64,000 bases of DNA, taken from a virus. Lineage: Duplodnaviria > Caudoviricetes. The first letter of the stretch is position 1. Each line of letters opens with the position of its first letter. The DNA is taken from positions 1 to 64,000 of the IMG/VR virus record IMGVR_UViG_3300009826_000020, one strand, 5' to 3'. Shown one piece after another: positions 52,879 to 63,100 of this stretch. The notes below the pieces were generated by a model. That model did not search any database. It had not been told where the DNA came from and saw nothing but the letters and a program-made list of their open reading frames with translations. The position numbers and the translations under genes were made by a program.

Positions 52879-53391
52879 TCACCACACCATGGTCTGGTGG
52901 AAGAAGTCATGCTGCTGCATGTCGTTGACCATCTCCTCGGTCTTCATTTCCTCTCCCATGGCGGTGATGGTCAGATATTGCCCGTGGACAAAGCCCTGCT
53001 TTTCGTAGTGAGCCACCCGGTAATGCCGACTGTCGTAGCTGAACCGGTCACGAAAATGAGCCGCCGTCTCAAGGGGATTGAATCTGAACCGGTCATGCGC
53101 CACCGATACCTGGAAGGTGATGCTGGCCGTGGACAAGGTGTAGAGGCCATCGGCCCCCTCCATCGGATCGTCCTGGCGGAAGAGTAGAAACATGACCGGT
53201 AGCTCGATGGGTGGATACCAGGCTCGGCTCGGCCCCTCATCGTAGACATCGTGCTTCCTGGCTGATAGCTGGTCATATTCCATCCATAGGACGTTTTCGC
53301 CCCAGGTACGCTGGTAATTCCTCATGATGTCATTCATCATGGTCATCTCGTACTTGGACCACCACTCAGGAACGTAAAGATTACTGCCCAC
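52879..53391 (-). CDS. head-closure/neck protein (tentative)
   Basis: DVYDEG...DRFSYDSRHYRV; lies in the neck operon. Confidence 0.55.
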   Translation of the reverse strand: MGSNLYVPEWWSKYEMTMMNDIMRNYQRTWGENVLWMEYDQLSARKHDVYDEGPSRAWYPPIELPVMFLLFRQDDPMEGADGLYTLSTASITFQVSVAHDRFRFNPLETAAHFRDRFSYDSRHYRVAHYEKQGFVHGQYLTITAMGEEMKTEEMVNDMQQHDFFHQTMVW

Positions 53392-53518
53392 CTGACACCT
53401 CTTTGTCCTGGTCTTTGTCCTCCATCATTTTTGCATGCCAGTCGTTCAGCATTTTGACCACTATGGGAACAAGGGCGGCAACGATTGCGGCGAGAGCTTG
53501 CTGCCAGGCTGCGCTCAT
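53381..53518 (-). CDS. small holin-like membrane protein
   Basis: MSAAWQQALAAIVAALVPIVVKML TM helix with acidic tail. Confidence 0.55.
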   Translation of the reverse strand: MSAAWQQALAAIVAALVPIVVKMLNDWHAKMMEDKDQDKEVSGGQ

Positions 53519-53874
53519 GTTTCCCGGTACCTCCCCAGCCGCCAGTTGGTGTAGGTGGCAAGCGCACTGAAGGCCATCGCCAGGAAGATCAGAGCGACAC
53601 CCCATTTTGCATAGGTGTCGGTGACCCTAACGAGTTCGATCACGATGGCATAGATCCAGGCTGCGGCCACGATCAGCCACATCATGATTTTGCCGGTGAA
53701 GAGCAGGATCAGTAATGCGATGATGGTAGCAATGCCCGCTCCGAAAATCGCCCACTGGTCATAGAGAAAGTGGTCCCACGCCAGAATGGCCAACCCTACT
53801 GAAGCGATGATGTGCGTGGAGACACGCATGATGCGGTCGAAAGTGGGACGCATGAATTGAATTTTCACCACCAC
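53515..53874 (-). CDS. four-TM membrane protein (holin-like)
   Basis: four hydrophobic segments. Confidence 0.65.
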   Translation of the reverse strand: MVVKIQFMRPTFDRIMRVSTHIIASVGLAILAWDHFLYDQWAIFGAGIATIIALLILLFTGKIMMWLIVAAAWIYAIVIELVRVTDTYAKWGVALIFLAMAFSALATYTNWRLGRYRET

Positions 53875-53880
53875 CCCACC

Positions 53881-54480
53881 TCACTTGAGGGCATCCTCTG
53901 GAGCCATCCCTTTCTGGAGGCGAGCGTAGACCGTGTGGTATTTCGCCCCGCAGCGAGGGTCCTCGATCCACTCAGGCAAGGATTTGGTTTCGCCCCAGGC
54001 TGTGATGCGTATGGTCTTCTGAGTGTTGCGACGTTGTTGTCGCTTAGGTATCCAAGTGCAGTTTTCTGGGGTATAGTTGCCATCGTTGTCACGTCGCTCG
54101 ATGGTGAGGCCATCCTCGTAACCAGAGGATTTCGCCCAGGTGGCGAAGGTGCTGAACAATACCCACTCGTCACAGACCTTGATCCCTCTAGCGCCGTAGT
54201 TTTTATAGCGCTGGTTCTTGGGATTATTGCATCTAGCCCACATGGTGTCCCAGACACGGTATAGAGGTGTCTTGGACTGCCCGTGAGATTCAGCCTGTCG
54301 GCCCCAGCGAGAGCAGCCACAGGATGTTGATCCTCCATTCTGGAGGAGGTCGTCTCGTACGAGTTTGACCGTTCCGCACTCACATTGGCATGTCCACTTG
54401 GGATGGTTCGGGTCGGTGAAGAAGGGGCCAGCGATGACAGTCCATCGTCCGATCTTCTTGTTGAGGGTGATCGTCTCCAT
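53881..54480 (-). CDS. free-standing HNH-type homing endonuclease
   Basis: CQCECG..SCGC, NYGARGI, IERRDNDGNYTPENCTW; paralogue of 12368-12985. Confidence 0.85.
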   Translation of the reverse strand: METITLNKKIGRWTVIAGPFFTDPNHPKWTCQCECGTVKLVRDDLLQNGGSTSCGCSRWGRQAESHGQSKTPLYRVWDTMWARCNNPKNQRYKNYGARGIKVCDEWVLFSTFATWAKSSGYEDGLTIERRDNDGNYTPENCTWIPKRQQRRNTQKTIRITAWGETKSLPEWIEDPRCGAKYHTVYARLQKGMAPEDALK

Positions 54481-54517
54481 ACAGGAGACACTACCACTCG
54501 ATCCTCATACACCATCT

Positions 54518-55663
54518 CTACCACCAACCCACCCAACCCATATTGATGCTAGTCCAACTCCAGTACCAGCCCTGGCCTGCGCTCGGTCCCTCGGCGCAGA
54601 CCTCGGTGTCGGGATTGATGCCAGCCGGTACGGCCTGGTTGGCGACATAGCGCCGGTTTCTTGAGTCGACCAGGTCATTGGCCTGGTAACTCCGCTGTGG
54701 ATTCCACTGTCCCTGGTAGGTATATTGCACGTCCACCTCGTCAATGGGTGGCATGATCCGCTGCGGCCAGGTGAGGTCGTCGTATTCCTTGCTGCGGTAG
54801 AGGGGCACCAACCTCTTTGTGGTGCGAGAGACTCGCCGGAGTCGGGACTGCGTTATTCGGTAGAGGCCGACGCCGAGTGCCGCACAGATCGAGTCGTACT
54901 GTGCCTCCAGACCCTGCACCATCTGCATGATCTGGCTGAAGGTCTGGCTGATCGGGATCGTGACGCCGTCAGGAGTGTGGACATCGTGCTGCTGGGATAC
55001 CCCGATGGCAATATCCCACAGGGCCAAAATGGTGACCTTCAGTGAGAGCGGATAGATCTGCACCTCGGGGATCATGGCAGGAGGTGTCATGCCACCTGAG
55101 CCGTCCGGGCCACAGGGATCGATGGGCATGCCGTCGCAGTTTCTCTGCGGTCCTGTGGGTGCCGGGTAGCCCATGTCCAGGCTGGCTGTCGGCTCGGTGC
55201 CGAACATCTGCAGGGTATAAGCCGTGCGAACGTACATGTCCAGTTCGGATGGGAGAAAATCCCTGTAGTACGTTCCGCCCGCCACCAGAAGGAGGCTCGT
55301 CTTGGGTGCCTCATTGAAGATCAATAACCCGCCGTGGTCATCGAGAAAATAGTCGACGTCGAGCCGTAATTCTCGAGAATTTTGTTCTGTGGTGTCGGTT
55401 ATTACGACCTGTAGGTCATCCCGCAGCACATTTTGTACGGGTAGCTCGAATCGCCAAGCGTTTCCGGTGCAGGTCTGCCGACAGATAAATGGCCGAGGAA
55501 AATCCCGCAGGTGGAGTCGAGCCATCTGGGCGATGCGCTGGATCGACATCGGGTTGACCGGTGGGTAGAGCAGAGCCTGATCGGTGTTGGGATATTGGCC
55601 CGGGTTACCCGCCGTCATGTCATACGGGTTCGGAAGTCCTGATGGTCTGCCGATCATTGCCAC
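54518..55663 (-). CDS. head-to-tail adaptor/neck protein
   Basis: PEVQIYPL...LWD...DVHTPDGVTIP...RLRRVSRTTKRLVPLY; first gene of the operon. Confidence 0.65.
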   Translation of the reverse strand: MAMIGRPSGLPNPYDMTAGNPGQYPNTDQALLYPPVNPMSIQRIAQMARLHLRDFPRPFICRQTCTGNAWRFELPVQNVLRDDLQVVITDTTEQNSRELRLDVDYFLDDHGGLLIFNEAPKTSLLLVAGGTYYRDFLPSELDMYVRTAYTLQMFGTEPTASLDMGYPAPTGPQRNCDGMPIDPCGPDGSGGMTPPAMIPEVQIYPLSLKVTILALWDIAIGVSQQHDVHTPDGVTIPISQTFSQIMQMVQGLEAQYDSICAALGVGLYRITQSRLRRVSRTTKRLVPLYRSKEYDDLTWPQRIMPPIDEVDVQYTYQGQWNPQRSYQANDLVDSRNRRYVANQAVPAGINPDTEVCAEGPSAGQGWYWSWTSINMGWVGWW

Positions 55664-55786
55664 CTTCCAAGGCTACGCCGAGGTGGTCAGGGTGCCTGCG
55701 CCATGCCGCCCTACGATTGAACGATCCGGCCCGCTAACGCCGGATGAGCAGTAAATCGCCTGAGAACGCCTAGAAGTGGAGGGAAA

Positions 55787-56167
55787 ATGGCCTCCCGATA
55801 CAACTGTGTCAACACGTATGCCTTGTCACAACTCAAGAAGTTGGCCCAGATGTATGAGGGGATGTCCGATCCCGAGACGCTCAAGGCGGCTGCAGCCCAG
55901 GCGGGTGCTCAGTTACGGGACGAGATGCAGAAGAGGGTCGAGGGCGAGCACAGCCTGCCCGACCACCAGGATGTGGGTCAGGCCTTGCAGGTCTATGAGG
56001 ACGAGGACGGTCTCAGTGTCGGCATCCCGGCTGATCATCCCCTGCGGGACAAGGCCCAGGAGATGCATGGCATCTATCAGTTGACCGACGTGACCCAGGA
56101 TCTGGAGCAGCAGTCGGGAAATGCCGAGCGTGCTTTCTATGCTGCCCTTAGGAACGCCGTCTCGTGA
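55787..56167 (+). CDS. hypothetical neck/tail-region protein
   Basis: 126 aa with GGAGG SD. Confidence 0.6.
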   Translation: MASRYNCVNTYALSQLKKLAQMYEGMSDPETLKAAAAQAGAQLRDEMQKRVEGEHSLPDHQDVGQALQVYEDEDGLSVGIPADHPLRDKAQEMHGIYQLTDVTQDLEQQSGNAERAFYAALRNAVS

Positions 56168-56871
56168 CCGATACCGGCCATGTCACGTTCCCTGATTTTG
56201 ATATTGACCCCAATCCGCCCTTCCTCGGCCTCTATACCGAGGAGGACATGGGGCTGAAGACCCTTCTTCAGGGCATGACGGTCACAGACCTGAACTCCGA
56301 GCCGATGGCACCTCGTCCCGTGCCGGTCTGGTTCCACAACCCTGAGCGTGAAGAGCGGCGGATCACCTACCCGAATATCACGATCAATTTCATGAGCGAG
56401 CGTGTCGCCCATGAGCGTGAGCACAGTGGGCTGATCCCTATTGCTTGGCGGTACCTGCAGAACATCCCCTTCAGCCAGGGCCATGAAGACGACGATCTTC
56501 CCTATGCCCCGCCGATAATCCAGTACCCCATCCCCATGGATTTTGACTATGAGGTCACGGTATCGGCTCGGATAAATCAGCACATCAGCCAGATCAGTTC
56601 CGCCCTGGCGCTCGGCAGGCTGGATCCTCGGTTCGCCGTGGTGCATTGCCCGGGAGGTACGGCCCGACGCCTTGAGGTGCTCGGCACCACACGCACCAAC
56701 ACCCTGGAATCAGACAAGCGGATTTTCCGCCAGATTTATCGTGTCCGCATTCCGACCGAAGTGGAATGGCCTGTGGCCACCTCTCACTACCGTGTCAAGC
56801 ATGTCATCCTCAGTCTGGTCGAGAAGGATGACCCCGAGCAGCGTGTCCTCTGGACCAACGAAGGAGAGTAG
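56164..56871 (+). CDS. tail completion/terminator-like protein
   Basis: VPVWFHNPE.E.R.ITYPNITI...PIPMDFDYEV; precedes the sheath gene. Confidence 0.65.
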   Translation: MTDTGHVTFPDFDIDPNPPFLGLYTEEDMGLKTLLQGMTVTDLNSEPMAPRPVPVWFHNPEREERRITYPNITINFMSERVAHEREHSGLIPIAWRYLQNIPFSQGHEDDDLPYAPPIIQYPIPMDFDYEVTVSARINQHISQISSALALGRLDPRFAVVHCPGGTARRLEVLGTTRTNTLESDKRIFRQIYRVRIPTEVEWPVATSHYRVKHVILSLVEKDDPEQRVLWTNEGE

Positions 56872-56874
56872 AAA

Positions 56875-58470
56875 ATGCCAGCGCTAACTCACCCGGGGGT
56901 ATACGTCGATGAGTCGGCCTTCCCCACGTACATCAGTGCCACTCCCGGCAATGCGGTGGCCTGCTTCGTGGGTGTTGCTCCTCGTGGTCCGATAGGCCCG
57001 AAGATCGTAAATTCGTGGAAGCAGTTCACCACGCTGTACGGTGGCTTCGAGACGCAGTATCCACCGAGCAGTCTGCACCTGGCGGTGTTCGGGTATTTCT
57101 CTGCCGGTGGAACCAGTGCCGTGATTATTCGAGCTATTCGGCTGGATACTCAGGGGCCTTCCACTGCCTCTGCCAGCCTCGATGACCAGAATTCTGAGGG
57201 GGCACAGCCTTCCATAGAGGTCCAGGCGGCGAACCCGGGAACCTGGGGCAACGATGTGTACGTCGACATCCTGCCTGGGCGGGTGCTCGACCCCCTGACA
57301 TCGGTGCCGATCACCTTCAGTATTGTGGTGAAATACCAGGGCACGGCACCCATAAATGTTGTGGAGCGGTGGACAGACCTCTCGATGGTCCCGGGGTCCA
57401 CCCATCTGGGTCAGCACAATTACGCCCTCGATCTGGTCAACTCCACCTATAACGGGTCGAATTTCATTCGGTTGGTGGACTTGGCGAACGACCCTGGTGT
57501 CCTTGAACCCACGCCAGCCCCTGCTAATAATCCTGCCCCGACGCCGTCGAATGTTTCGACACAGCTATCAGGTGGCGATGAGGGCCAGCCTATTACCTTC
57601 AATGACCAGTACCAGGCACTGACACAACTGGATCAGTACCCGAACCAGCCCTTCGTGATCAATATGCCAGGCGTCACCAACGTCACCGACGTTGGCCAGG
57701 TGGTGTCCTACGCTGAGCAGCGTACCGATGGCTTTGTGGTCATCGATCCGCCCGCCGGGATGGCCCCTGATGGAATGGTCGCTTACGCCCAGTCACCCGG
57801 GATCCCGGCCAGTGCCCAGGCTGCGATCTATTACCCTCAGGTGCTCATCGCTGATCCGTACAGCATGAACCCCGGTATCACCAGACTCATGCCACCTGGT
57901 GGATTCGTGGTGGGCCAGTACATTAACACCGACATCACGAGAGGTGTGCAAAAGGCCCCCGCCGGTCTGGGTGCCTCACTGAACGGTGTCCTCGGTCTGG
58001 AATACACCCTGACCAACCAGGACCAGGGTGATTTGAACCTCGCCAATGTCAACTGCCTCGTGGCCATGTCGGGATATGGCGTGGTGATCTGGGGTGCCCG
58101 GACGCTCTCGCCCTACCTGATTACCAGGTATGTATCAGTCGAGCGCACCATCATTTACCTGGCCACTGAGTTGGTGGCCATGTCGAGATTCGCCGTGTTC
58201 GAGCCGAATGACTGGGTGCTCTGGAATCAGGTAACACAGATCCTGGCTCAATTCCTGACCCAGTTCTGGCAGAGCGGTGGCCTGTCAGGTAAAAGCGCTT
58301 CGGAGGCGTTCTATATTATCTGTGACCAGACCAACAACACACCCTTGACTATCCAGCAGGGCGTCCTCAATATTGAGATTGGTGTTGCCCTGGAATTCCC
58401 CGCCGAGTTCGTGGTCATCAAGATTGGCCAGTGGGCTGGCGGGCAGAATGTTTCAGTGACCACCACCTAG
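56875..58470 (+). CDS. contractile tail sheath protein
   Basis: HPGVYVDE; YVSVERT...FEPND..LW; IEIGVALEFPAEFVVI. Confidence 0.95.
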   Translation: MPALTHPGVYVDESAFPTYISATPGNAVACFVGVAPRGPIGPKIVNSWKQFTTLYGGFETQYPPSSLHLAVFGYFSAGGTSAVIIRAIRLDTQGPSTASASLDDQNSEGAQPSIEVQAANPGTWGNDVYVDILPGRVLDPLTSVPITFSIVVKYQGTAPINVVERWTDLSMVPGSTHLGQHNYALDLVNSTYNGSNFIRLVDLANDPGVLEPTPAPANNPAPTPSNVSTQLSGGDEGQPITFNDQYQALTQLDQYPNQPFVINMPGVTNVTDVGQVVSYAEQRTDGFVVIDPPAGMAPDGMVAYAQSPGIPASAQAAIYYPQVLIADPYSMNPGITRLMPPGGFVVGQYINTDITRGVQKAPAGLGASLNGVLGLEYTLTNQDQGDLNLANVNCLVAMSGYGVVIWGARTLSPYLITRYVSVERTIIYLATELVAMSRFAVFEPNDWVLWNQVTQILAQFLTQFWQSGGLSGKSASEAFYIICDQTNNTPLTIQQGVLNIEIGVALEFPAEFVVIKIGQWAGGQNVSVTTT

Positions 58471-58478
58471 GAGAAGCC

Positions 58479-59090
58479 ATGACCTCTCGACCACTCAACT
58501 CAGATCCCCTGCGGAATTTCCGGTTCATTGTCTCCCTCAACCATCCGAACCTGCCCAATCTGGTTCGTATGGGATTCATGGCGGTGTCAGGATTGGCCGT
58601 GAACAACGAGGTCATTCCCTACCGTGAGGGCGGCAACAACACCACCACCCGGAAGATGCCCGGGCAGTCTGACTTCGGCCCGTTGACGATGACCCGTGGC
58701 CTGATGGCCGCTCCGGTCAAGGCAGGTGTCGGGAACGTCTCCGGCATGGAGGTGTACCAATGGTTCTCCCAAATTTTCTCGGTGAATATCGGGGCTGGAT
58801 TTGGCAGTGCCTCCACTGACTTTCGTATCAGTTGCACCATCGATGTGCTGCAGCACCCCATCACCTCGGGTGCCGGAGCCGCCGGTAATGAGCCGTATAG
58901 CGTGCCCCCGATCAAGGTGCGGTTCGTGGTACAGAACTGCTGGCCCATGGGTTATTCGTTCTCCGACCTCGAAGCTGGGGGTAATGCCGTCTTCATCGAG
59001 AACCTGACCCTGGCGCACGAGGGCTGGGGCATGATCACCGCCGCCTCGCCGGATCCTGGTGTCTACGTGAGTTCCTCGGCCACGTACTGA
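58479..59090 (+). CDS. tail tube protein (T4 gp19-like)
   Basis: DPLRNFRF...SGL...YREGG...RKMPGQSDFGPLTMTRG. Confidence 0.92.
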   Translation: MTSRPLNSDPLRNFRFIVSLNHPNLPNLVRMGFMAVSGLAVNNEVIPYREGGNNTTTRKMPGQSDFGPLTMTRGLMAAPVKAGVGNVSGMEVYQWFSQIFSVNIGAGFGSASTDFRISCTIDVLQHPITSGAGAAGNEPYSVPPIKVRFVVQNCWPMGYSFSDLEAGGNAVFIENLTLAHEGWGMITAASPDPGVYVSSSATY

Positions 59091-59968
59091 TGAGCCTGAG
59101 CCAACCATTCAATCCCAAGGTTCACCCGCAGGCTGGGGTTTTTGACCCCAATGTTTTTGAGGGCAGCCTCATGGATCCCACTGAGAATCCTGAGCAGGCG
59201 AACCAGATTGTCAGGGAGCTAACCAGTCCTGATGTCCCTCTCATGCCGTCCCTGCCCTCGGACAAAATGTTCCTGCCTGGTGGGTATGTCGATCAGGACG
59301 GTGAGCTTCACCAAGAGGCCCACATTCGAGAGATCAATGGGGCCGACGAAGAGGCCATGGCCCGGGAGCTACGCAACCCCAACGTGAGTGTGGCCAAGGT
59401 GGTCGACCTGCTTCTCAAACGGTGCGTGCTGGAGGTAGGTCCACACCGTGCCACGCCCCAGATATTGGGAGAAATGCTGGCAGGTGATCGAGCGTCCATG
59501 ATGCTGGCCATCAGGGTGCTGACCTTCGGCAGTGACTGGGAGGTGGAGGAATTCCCTTGCCGGTTGTGTGGCAAGAACTTCGGCACGGTGGTCGAGCTTG
59601 ACTCCATCGGGGAAAAGCGGATGGACAACCCGAGGGTGCAGGAAATCGACGTCAGGCTCCGCAATAATCACACTGCCACTGTGGCTCTGCTCGATGGTGC
59701 CTCACAGATGGCTATGATCGGTGACGGGAACAGGACCGGCCCTGAGGAGATCAGCATCGCCATTGATCGTTGCCTCAAGCGCTATGACGGGAAGCCGGTG
59801 CCACTTAACGGTATAGCCCAGACCTTGAGCATGGCTGACCGCCGTGCGATCTCGACCGCCATGTCCGAGGCCCAGCCTGGGCCGAAAATGGAGGAGGTGA
59901 TGGTCACATGTACCGAGTGTGGGCAAGAGGCGTCGTATTCCATCAGCCTCCTCGACTTATTTCGTTGA
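59090..59968 (+). CDS. tail assembly chaperone / hub protein (T4 gp26-like)
   Basis: IREINGADEE...GDRASMMLAIRVLTFG...CRLC...CTEC. Confidence 0.8.
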   Translation: MSLSQPFNPKVHPQAGVFDPNVFEGSLMDPTENPEQANQIVRELTSPDVPLMPSLPSDKMFLPGGYVDQDGELHQEAHIREINGADEEAMARELRNPNVSVAKVVDLLLKRCVLEVGPHRATPQILGEMLAGDRASMMLAIRVLTFGSDWEVEEFPCRLCGKNFGTVVELDSIGEKRMDNPRVQEIDVRLRNNHTATVALLDGASQMAMIGDGNRTGPEEISIAIDRCLKRYDGKPVPLNGIAQTLSMADRRAISTAMSEAQPGPKMEEVMVTCTECGQEASYSISLLDLFR

Positions 59969-60110
59969 GTCAGTCACCAATACCGGCCTGCTCTATCTCC
60001 AGTATCAACGTATCGCTGAACGGTTTCCTGGTTGGAGTCTCTCTGAGATCAAGCTCATGTCCTACCCGGAGCGGAAACACTGGGTCGATGTCATCCTGAA
60101 TGAGGTTTGA
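59961..60110 (+). CDS. C-terminal chaperone extension (gpGT/gp51-like), probably reached by a +1 frameshift
   Basis: LYLQYQRIAERFPGWSLSEIKLMSYPERKHW in the +1 frame; no well-placed start codon. Confidence 0.6.
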   Translation, partial: FVESVTNTGLLYLQYQRIAERFPGWSLSEIKLMSYPERKHWVDVILNEV

Positions 60111-60113
60111 TAA

Positions 60114-63100
60114 ATGCCTGATGGTGGTGGGTACGGCCTTGGGGTGCTTAATCCGAGTACGCTGAAAGAATTCGCTACTGGTCTGGGTGGGATCAGTAGT
60201 CAATTCACCAAGTTGGTGAGCGGGGTCACCAATTTTGGTACGGCTGTCTCCAAAACGATCCAGCAGGCGAACACCCAGCTTGACACTCTGGATAAGAAAT
60301 TCCAGTCCTTGGTGACCAGGATGGGGCAGATGGGGGCGGGTGGTCCCTCGACCGGGATGGGCGGGGGCAGTGGGGGCACTGGTTCTCCCAGTGGATTAGG
60401 CAGCCAGTGGGGGTCAGCCCTGACCCCTGCAGGTACGTCAGTTGCTTCTGGCACCCCTAGTCTTCCCAAGCAGCCCACTAATTCCATTGCCGGGACGAGT
60501 TATCCCACTCAGGCTCCTCAGGCTGTTTCTACTCCTGGTGTGCAGACTACGGCCCCTAATGGTGGTGGTGCCCCGCTGGGTTCAGCCGAAGCCGCTGCCA
60601 AGGCCTTCGCCCCTCAGCCCAGTCAGGCAGCCCCTGCTGCCCCCACACAGACGACTGCAGGCAACGGTGGGTGGGGTCCTGCTCCTGGCGCTACTCCTGC
60701 CCCTACAGCCCCGAGTGGTGGCAATAACTGGCCCACCACACCCAGTGCTCCTGAGACACAGACGACCTCACCGAATGGCGGTAGTGGGTCGACAGGTGGT
60801 GGGGGTTCGATGATGCAGAGGGCGGCGACCTCGATCCTGCCCGCTGCTGCCGGTTATGCGGCGGGAGCCGTGGGTGAGGGCGGGGGTGGCGGTGCGATAG
60901 CAACGTCAGTCCAGGGTGCCACCATCGGCCAGCTTCTCTCCGGGCAGAACTACACCTCGGCGGCGGCAAAGCAGTACTACGTGATGCCCAAGGACATGAT
61001 GGCGCAGAGTCCCGCCGATTATGCCCAAGGCAATTACTATGCCGCTCAGAGTATGGGATTGCAGCCTGGTGTGGGTGGGCTGACCAGTCAGAATTTTGCC
61101 ACTGTTCAAAAAGGCACCCAGCAATTGATGACCCTGTCACCTGGCATGAGCTACCAGAGTGCCATGGCGGCGCAGAACCAGATGAACCAGCCACAAACCC
61201 TGAATGCGGCCCTGAGAGTCGGCATAAATCTTCGCCCTGGTGGCAAGATGTTGACCCCCGAGCAGCAGAACGAACAGATCTTCAACCGTATGTTCCAGGG
61301 GAAAAAGCCGACCAAGGATGAGTTCGACCAGGTCATGTCCTCTGGCTATGGCCAATCGAACCTGGCCTCGATTGGCATCACACCCGGTAGTGATGAGTAC
61401 AACCAGTTCATGAACTACTCCCGTACGAAAATCGGTATGCAGGAGCAAGGCAAAGGCATGCCAGATGTGGGCACCAAGAAGGGTGCCCAGGAGGCTGGGC
61501 TGAACACACCATATAACGATCAACTACGGGTGCAGTCGAAGGAATCCCAGTTGAAGTCCCAGGCTGAGCCGACGCTCGCCAAGGCTGCGGATACCTTGAA
61601 TAAGGCAGCGAACGCCTTGCTCGGTGCTGTCCAGAAAATCGGTGCCACTCCCGGGGGCGGCGGCGGATTTTTCAGCCAGATCGGCCAGCACCTGGGATTG
61701 ACCGGGGGAGGTGGTGGCGGATTACTGAGTGGGTTCAGCCTGCATCTCCAGGGTGGTGGTGAGGTCCCTGATGTATGGCAGGGTGATCTCAACAAGACAC
61801 CCATGGGTAAACTGCCGGGTGTTAGTAGCAATTTCTTCAAGAATATCGGCAGGCTTTTCGGTGGGCTGAACGGTGAGGCTGACACTGATAAGGTGCCCAC
61901 TCTCCTTAGCCCAGGGGAGCGTGTGCTGTCGAAGTCGGAAAAGAAGTCGGTTGAAAAATCTCTGGCAGGGCAGTCTGGAACTTCTCGTGGGTACTGGGGG
62001 CCGAAGGTAGCTGGGAGTCAGGCTGATTCGAGCACGGTTGCCGGATTGCTGAGCACAAAAATCAACGATCTGGACCAGACCACCGTCGCCTACTCTCTGT
62101 TCAATAAGCCCCCTGACGGATCGCTTATCTCAATGATGCTCTCTCAGGGTGGTCAGAAGGGTGGTGGTGCCCAAGGTGGGAAACCACCCGATGCCTGGGT
62201 GGAGGGGCAGATAGACGCCTCCGGCAAGACGGGGCAGACAGGGAAGGCCAGTGGCACCAGGACCGGCCAGCAGACCGGCGGGAAGACCAACGCCAATCAG
62301 CCAGAGGAGAGCCAGAAGAAAAAGAGCGGTGGGATTCTTGGCACCATCGGTGATGTCCTCGGCGGGGTGGTGAAGGGTGTCGGTGGAGTAGTCGGCAGTC
62401 TCCTCGGTGGAGGTGCGGGTCTCGGTGGGGCTGGTGGCGGTGCCGGGGGCCTGGGGGGTGGGCCTGGGGGAGGTTTGTTGGGGACCGGATTTGCTGGTGC
62501 GCCTGCGCCATCAGTCGGCACCTTGCCCTGGAATTACAAAATGCTGACGAGCACGCCTGTTGATATGTCGAGTCTTTTCGACAAGCAGTCAGCCAGTTCT
62601 GATGACTCGTCGTCGGATGACTCCTCATCCAGTGTGGTCGGATCTGCGCCCTCAGGTAATTTGAAGGGCTGGATCTCTCAGGCGATGAAGATCACCAATG
62701 TGAGTGGTGACGCCTGGACGAATGGCCTCAACCTGATCATCCAGAAAGAGTCTGGAGGGAACCCAGGGGTCACGAATAACTGGGACAGCAATGCGGCTGC
62801 CGGTCATGCTTCGACTGGCTTGATGCAGCTAATTCCCAGTACCTTTAAGGCCAATGCGGTCCCTGGATATGACAAGAATATCAACGATCCCGTCAGTAAT
62901 ATCGCAGCAGGAATCAAGTATATTGAGTCTCGGTACCATGATATAAGTAATGTCCCTGGGGTCAAGGCCGTGGCCGCAGGTGGAGCATATGTGGGGTATG
63001 CCCGTGGCACACAACGTATAGCCGAGACCCAACTAGCACTTCTTCACCGAGGTGAGTCGGTGGTACCCGCCGCCGACAACTACGGTACCGCACCTTATAA

